A stretch of DNA of 64,000 nt from the human T2T-CHM13v2.0 reference genome, Homo sapiens, in assembly GCF_009914755.1 (NCBI RefSeq), contig NC_060932.1; one strand, 5' to 3'. Positions 55,224-64,000 of this stretch are shown one piece after another. The stretch's first letter is position 1; every line of letters begins with the position of its first letter. The notes below the pieces were generated by a model, which saw only the letters and a program-made list of their open reading frames with translations, had not been told where the DNA came from and did no database searches. The position numbers and the translations under genes are program-made.

Positions 55224-56569
55224 TCATGGTCTCACCTTTTAGGTCAGGAACATTTCTTGCTTCTGTTCAGCTTTAAGGACCCAGTGTGGACTTTCCAGGA
55301 CCAACAAGGGATAAATGCCCTAGCAAAAGGGTCTGAAAAGAAAGAGGGTCACAAAGTGCTTTAGCACTGTTCCAGGTTAAAATTGTCTCACTTTGCTCTC
55401 TACATTATTTTTTATTGGAATTGTATGTTCACATCATGCCCTTAGAGGAACAACCCAGGAGGTCTCACCTGTCCTATGCATGAGAGCAATGAGTCTAAGC
55501 ATGTCATAGCCCTTTAGAAGAACCCGTTTCATCGCAGAAAACACTGTACTCACTTCGGCAAGTAGGATGGGAGGAGGCTTTTGATCTCTCATGTGGACAT
55601 TGTAAGTAATCATTTGTTGTGTTCTCCTCTTTGCTTTGGTGGCTGAGACCCTCTTAGCAAAGTCTGCATCTCACCTCCAGGAGGTGTGATAACTTCACCC
55701 CTGCCTTCATCTTACCCCCCGATCCTTGTTTTCTCTTCACTCCCTCTTCCTTCTCTTGGAACATACTGATCAGGATCACAGGTGAAGGGAGGTGAGCTTT
55801 CCTGCCTATGTCTCCCAGTGGCAGAGACAAGGTTGGGTAAAGCCTCCCATTGCCGTACCTGCTGGAGAGCCTGGAGTGGTGCTCGTGAGACCATGCCTGA
55901 CACTCCCTGGCTTTCTGGAAGGAATGCTTTCTCTTCTACTCTGCCACCTCCCCCAGGAAGTGGGAGTGAAGAGCAAAGGGGTTATGGAGGGCCAGCCCAT
56001 CCCATCTGCCTGCATGGTCTTGAGACACTCTCCCAAGACCTCACTGGTCCATTTATTTTCCTCCTCCATTCTCCAAACTTTTATGACACAGTAAATACTT
56101 CAAAGGCCAAGCAGTGCCTAAAAACATTCAAAGGGTAGATAACTGGGGCAGTCTATCCCTAGGGCCCTGCAGGCCACCTTTGGTTCACATCTGTCAAGCT
56201 TCTGAGTTTCAAGAAAATCAATGGCATGAAGGCTTCCAGGGCCAGCCAGAAAAACATTTCCCCATCTCAGTCCAGGCAACAACAGCAATATCCATCATCC
56301 TGCCATTACTGGCCCACCAGTGGAAATGACTGGGAGTAACACCTCAGGGCTGAGAAGGACTTCTAGGTTCAGGCAGCCCAGGAAAGAAAACAGAGGGAAG
56401 AGGAAGAAGGCAGAGATCAAGATTCCTCCTATCCCTTTCAATCCAATAATACCTGTTTGGGAAACCAGTTGCAGTGGAGAAGGATGCAAGGAATCTTTAT
56501 GTGTGTTTGTTTGCCTGCTTGCTTGCTTGTTCTAAATGTACATATAGTAACACCTTGCAATTTTATTTT

Positions 56570-56603
56570 ATACATATATATATATATATACACATACACA
56601 TAT
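56570..56603. repeat. (TA)n/(CA)n microsatellite
   Basis: Directly visible. Confidence 0.9.
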
Positions 56604-57239
56604 AAAATAGATGTGGTCTTTAGTATGCTCTTGTGTGTTCTAAACCTCTAGTGTGGAGAGACTGTATATCTCTATTATTTTACAGAAGAAGAAATCAAGG
56701 TAAAGATAATCAACATGCCTTACCAGAGTCATGGACTTACCCAGTGTCTAAACTGAAACTACAACCCAGTTCCCTGCTCTCCAATCCAAATACACACCTC
56801 ACCCCCATCATCTCCTCAACCAATGAGAGCAACACAGCACCTCCCAGCCTGTAGCTCTCCCTGGCTTCAGCTTCTGAGTAGCTGGGTGGAGAGTTTGTGA
56901 GATGGGCTGATAATAATGGCATGAGGACCTGAGGATACAGGAGCAAGGGAGAGAATAGGCGTGGAAAAGTCAGAAAGAAATTTTAGGGAAGGAAGAAGGC
57001 AGAACTCAGAGACTAGAAACAAACTTCTACTGAGTTTCTAATAATGAATTGTGTTTTCTCTCCCAGAGGTACTGGCCTCAAATCAGCAAGCAGATATGTT
57101 AGGTCATTGTTCAGTGAATGTCTACCATGTGTCAGGCATGGGGCTGGTCATCTGGGGAAAACATGGATGAAGGAGGTGTGTTTTCTGGCCTCAAGAAGGT
57201 CATTTTAATGAGGAGGATGATTCTTTGACAAAACCCAAT

Positions 57240-57680
57240 AATTGCCCCACTTATTATTAATCATCTCTCTCTTTCTTAGAAATACAACTCTCAACTTGAG
57301 CTGGGATTAAAGGCCATATTTTCCAGCTTCACCTGCAGCTCTAGCCCAAGGCATCAGCAGAAGTGGTGTCTGCAATTTTTAATGAATGTGTTTACAGGGA
57401 AGGGTTATGCCTTTGTAAAAGTTTATTCCAGAGGCTGGAATGTGAACATGAAGGCTGTACCTTTAGTAGCCACCTTAGACCTGGAGGTTACCTTTAGAAT
57501 GGGACCTGTCTACGGTAGAGCACAGAACAGAGAGTGTCTGGGCCCAGACACAGTGGGGCACTGACCAGCCCCAGAGTCACTACCTCCAGACTTCCTATAT
57601 ACAAGAAGATTTCTACCTTGTTTAAGATGCTATTGCTTTAAAACTTTCTGTTACACTCACTTCACTATAACCCTAACTAG
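57240..57680 (+). mobile_element. Old MLT1 LTR
   Basis: CATATTTTCCAGCTTCACCTGCAGCT...GGCTGGAATGTGAACATGAAGGCTG...CTACCTCCAGACTTC...TTCTACCTTGTTTAAG...CTGTTAC. Confidence 0.65.
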
Positions 57681-58349
57681 TAAAGCACCCAGCAGACAAA
57701 TCAGACTGTGGTAAGAGCTGATTGTGTTCTAAGGAGTGCTCTGTGGGAGCAGAACCAGATCGATTGACTCTGCTCAGGCAGGTTAAAAAAAGCATTACAG
57801 AGATGTGTGAATGAGTCTTTAAAATGAAGTAGGATTTCCTCTGGTAGACAAGGCGGGTGGGGAGTTCCAGGGGCAGGGGAACATGGAGACAGAAAAACAC
57901 AGGGCTCATTCAAGGAAAGGGAAGCACCTGCCTGCCACTGCAACACTGAGTAGGAGAGAATTCCCTGAGGACAGAGGCCTATCCAGTGTCCATCTAGTCT
58001 CTCCTAGACACGACGTATGGATGCAGGGTGCAGCCTCGGTCCTCAGCATCCCTCCAGCTTCTAAGTAATTACCCTCCCAGTGCCTTTCTGTCCTGCAGTT
58101 GTTCACACCAGCTGTTGTGACTATTCTCACTACACACTCTGGAGTCCATGAGGAACAGGCTGCTGGGCAGGGAGGCAACAGAGGACTCCAGGGAAAGCCA
58201 TTAAACACCTGCTGGGCTCCACTCCAAAGGTTCAGGAAGATAATTTCTGGGCTTCCAGGTAACTTGAGCCTTCCAAAAACAGAACTGCTGCCTTCACAAG
58301 CACTCAAGGGACTGAGTGTCTGAGAAGCGGAAAACAAGGCCACTGTCCT

Positions 58350-59250
58350 TGTATTGGTTGTCTATTGCTGCAAAGTAAACCACTCCAAAACTTAACTGGT
58401 TAAAGCAACAATCATTTGCTCTTTCTTATAATTCTGTGGACTGGCTGGGCTCTCAGCTGGGCATTCTTCTCCCTGTGTTGTTGGCACATGCGTGGTGGTT
58501 GACACTGCTGCTGTTCAGGACCTCTCCATGTTATTTCTCTAGAAGAGTAGCCATACTTCTTTATTTATTAGTTGTATAAATTTAAGGGGTACAAATGCAG
58601 TTTTATTACACGGATATATTGCCCAGTGGTGAAGTCTGGGTTTTTAGTGTAACCATCACCGAAATAATATACATTGTACCTATTAAATAATTTCTCATCC
58701 CTCAACCCCTCCCATCCACCTCCACCCTTCCAAGTCTCCAATGTCCATCATTCCACACTCTATGTCCATGAGTACATATTATGTAGCTCCCACTTGTAAG
58801 TGAGAACATGCGGTATTTGACTTTCTGTTTCCGAGTGATTTCACTTAAAGAGAATGGCCTCCAGTTTCATCCATGTTTTTGTAAAAGATGTGATTTCAGT
58901 CTTTTTTATAGCTGAATAGTATTCCATTGTATAGATCTATGCCACATTTTCTTTATCCAATTATCCATTGATGGACACTTAGGTTGATTCCACATCTTTG
59001 TTTGTGAACAGTAGGGTAGTCATACTTCTTCTCTTGGGGCTAAGGCCCAAAGTAGGGGGTCAGTGGGGCAGGAAATGTTGCAAGATCTCTTCCACTTCAC
59101 TCTGTTGGGCAAAGCAAGATACAAGGCCAGCTTAGACTCAAGGTGAGGAAATAGATTCCATCTCTTGATGGTAAGAATAACAAAGTCACATTGCAAGACA
59201 GAATGTACAATGAAAAGGATTTTTGTGGCCATCTTTGCAAACAATCTGTA
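58350..59250 (-). mobile_element. MLT1 LTR, interrupted by L1MA
   Basis: TGTATTGGTTGTCTATTGCTGCAAAGTAAACCACTCCAAAACTTA...GGAAATAGATTCCATCTCTTGATGG...GCCATCTTTGCAAACAATCT. Confidence 0.8.
58561..59012 (-). mobile_element. L1MA 3' end
   Basis: TAGCTCCCACTTGTAAGTGAGAACATGCGGTATTTG...; TSD GTAG(C/T)CATACTTCT at 58547-58560 and 59016-59029. Confidence 0.92.
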
Positions 59251-59624
59251 CTGGCTACCCTCTAATCACAATGATTCACATGTACCTCTACCCTCAAAAT
59301 ACTAGTCCTCTTAAACTATCTCCTTGAAATTCAGAATTTCATCATCAGATCCAGATATGGATGAGGATCCTTGGGCGCAATTCCTCAGGGGCAGTGGACT
59401 CAGAACATGTGAGCTAAAAAGACCAGTTCTCTGTCCCCTACATGGCCAAGAAACAACGGTGAGGGACGGTGGTCTTCAGTACCGAATCCTTTACTCTCCT
59501 CCAGACTCTACTAACCATTTCCCTGCAGTCCTAACAGTTCTGTCAGTCACACATTTTGACTTTTGTTATAGCAACCCACTTTCAGGTACCAATTTCTGGA
59601 GACTGGAGAAAGGATGATTCATAT

Positions 59625-61520
<1,896 letters not shown>

Positions 61521-62054
61521 ATTATTGACATAATCCTCCTCTTCATTTTATATTCTAATTCTCTGCTGGATTAGAGGGCTAAATAGTAGATATTGAATAC
61601 CACTGATGGAAAGGCACAAAGCAAAAACATTTCGCAGTTTATCCTTTCCCACGAGACTGGGAAAACTTCACATAATCCTAGAGAAGCCAGAAATTGAACA
61701 CCATCATTTTATGGATGAAGGCACAGATACAGAAGATGATTTGTACAAAAGGCCTGCAGGGTGGGTAGTTCTAATAGCCTTGTGGATCCAGTTTTATGAC
61801 AAATCCAGAAGTGAAACCTAACATTCTGACTTTTAATCTAGGGCTATTCTCGGCAACCACATGGCTTCTTAACCAAGAAATTTCCTTGTAGGAAAAGTGG
61901 ACTATAAAACAACAACAACAACAACAAAAAACTGCCATGTTTCCTGAATCATTTAGAAATGTATGTGACCGAGAGTAATCCAAAACTCAACAAACAGTGG
62001 TCTAATGAGGTAGGGTTTTTTTTTTTTTTTTTTTCTCTCATAATAAGAATTCAT

Positions 62055-62370
<316 letters not shown>

Positions 62371-64000
62371 ATTCAGGGTAGCAGTGCAGCTGCCTAGCAT
62401 GGCTACACAAAACTGTCACCAGGGATCCAGGCTCCATCTACCTTTCTGCTCTATCGTCTTTAATATGGACCTTTCATTCTCACCCTCATGGTCACAAAAA
62501 GGCTGCTGCAGCTTCAAATATTGTTTCTATATTACAAACAGGAAAAAGGGAGATAAGTCAAAAGTATACAATGAAATCTTACTTCTTACAAGGTTTGGTG
62601 TTTTTATCCAGGAATGGAAGCTCCCCCCGAGAATTTGCCAAAAGACAATTGTCCAGAATGATGTCTCATGGCCATGCTGATGACAAGTGAAGCTAGAAAT
62701 GTAAGTACTTTGTTTTGCTTTTTAGGGTCTATTGGACAGAAAGACAAGGGAGAAGGAAGTCAAGTGGGCCTTAAGTGAGTCAACCAGTAGTATCCATCAT
62801 AAACGTTCCAAAAGAGGAAAAACAAACCAACCAGCAAGAAGACAAGGTAGGCACTATCCCCCTGTCCTCTGCATCATTATCTCTAATTCTTGAACTCACC
62901 AGGGGATGGCCAGGCGATTTGGATGAACCACTTGGCCTACCTCCAAAATGGACTGTATGTGTGCATGTGCATGAAGTCGTGGGGTTGGTGGGGAATGGGC
63001 ACAGAGATCTGCTGAGAAAGGCCGTAGATACACAGTACTAACAGCCCTACGGATTCATGGAAGCCCTTGCATTATGTATATGCCAACCAATCATCATTGT
63101 TTTGGGAGTAAACAAAGAGACCACTAAATTTAGAATAAATTTCAAATTCACCTAAATGATACATGTCTGGTAAATGGGACCCTTTTGTGAAGCAAGAAAC
63201 TGTCTGAAACATTCAGCTCCTGGTCTCTGGGGCAGAATACAACTTAAAAGGAACACAGGATTGTCAGAGCTTTGTTTCTCACATCATCCTCTAACAATCC
63301 CCATTCAGCATCCAGTGGCCTAACTGGATCCAATCCCTCACCAGCACCATTTAGGAGAGGCTCAGAAACTTCTGTTCCTTGGCATATGGTTAGCATGTGT
63401 GAATATCAACATGAAGTGTTACCAGAGGGACAGATAGAAGCTCAAGAAAGATCTACTACAAAAACAAAAAAGGAGGAAGACAGCCAGCTGGGGAGCCAGC
63501 AATCATCATTGTATAGTTAATGAGGCTGACAATGGAAAAGCACTTAGCTCCAGATGGAAGCTAGAAATTAGCCACATTCCAGCCCAGGGAGCGCAGGCCT
63601 GACCTGGGGGCCAGTTCTGGGACAGAGCACCAGACCCTGGGGAAGAAGGAACAGTGAATACCTTCTGATGACCTTTCAGTGGTCCTTCGTGATGGCAAGT
63701 CACAGGCACCTGAAAAGCCAGTTGTCCTGAGAGCATCACCTCCAAATTACAGAGGCGGAAGTTTTGAGGCATCCATGTGTTCTGCCTCTGAACTCCTCCC
63801 AGCACCTCAGCTCCCAGGGAGCTACCATAACCTGCAATTAACTAGATGGCACTACTTCTCCACAGCGAGCCAGGCACAGACCAGGAGTAGTTCCAAAAAT
63901 GCCTCAGGCCTCGTCCTCCCCTCCAGGAGCCAACAGCCCAGCTGGGGTGCCCAGACACACAGCCCCAGAAGGTAATTAACAGTGAGCTGGTGGAAGGAAC

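Overview
Primate (human-like) non-coding genomic DNA. No protein-coding gene, RNA gene or CRISPR array can be supported, and I cannot place the locus. Most of the window is interspersed repeat: about 19 Alu/FLAM copies, L1PA/L1M and L2 fragments, MIRs, MaLR (MLT1, THE1), MLT2 and ERV1-type LTRs, and hAT-class MITEs. All repeat and gene identities come from recalled consensus sequences, not a database search. Notable elements: (1) a ~4 kb minisatellite of ~90 units of 41-44 bp (3767-7800), with one GTG[G/A]GAAA (RBPJ/CSL-like) core and four G-tracts per unit and higher-order block duplications; (2) an apparently chimeric retroposed segment (~47157-48075) joining an HNRNPA3-like terminal 3'UTR (- strand) to an oppositely oriented SPTAN1 coding fragment (+ strand); (3) a twin-primed L1PA with a 14-bp TSD and an estimated ~1.5 kb internal gap; (4) four perfect octamer (ATTTGCAT) motifs in 82 bp inside an L2 remnant; (5) a repeat-free, PBX/HOX-motif-rich candidate enhancer at ~44.1-45.8 kb; (6) a head-to-head inverted Alu pair 46 bp apart.
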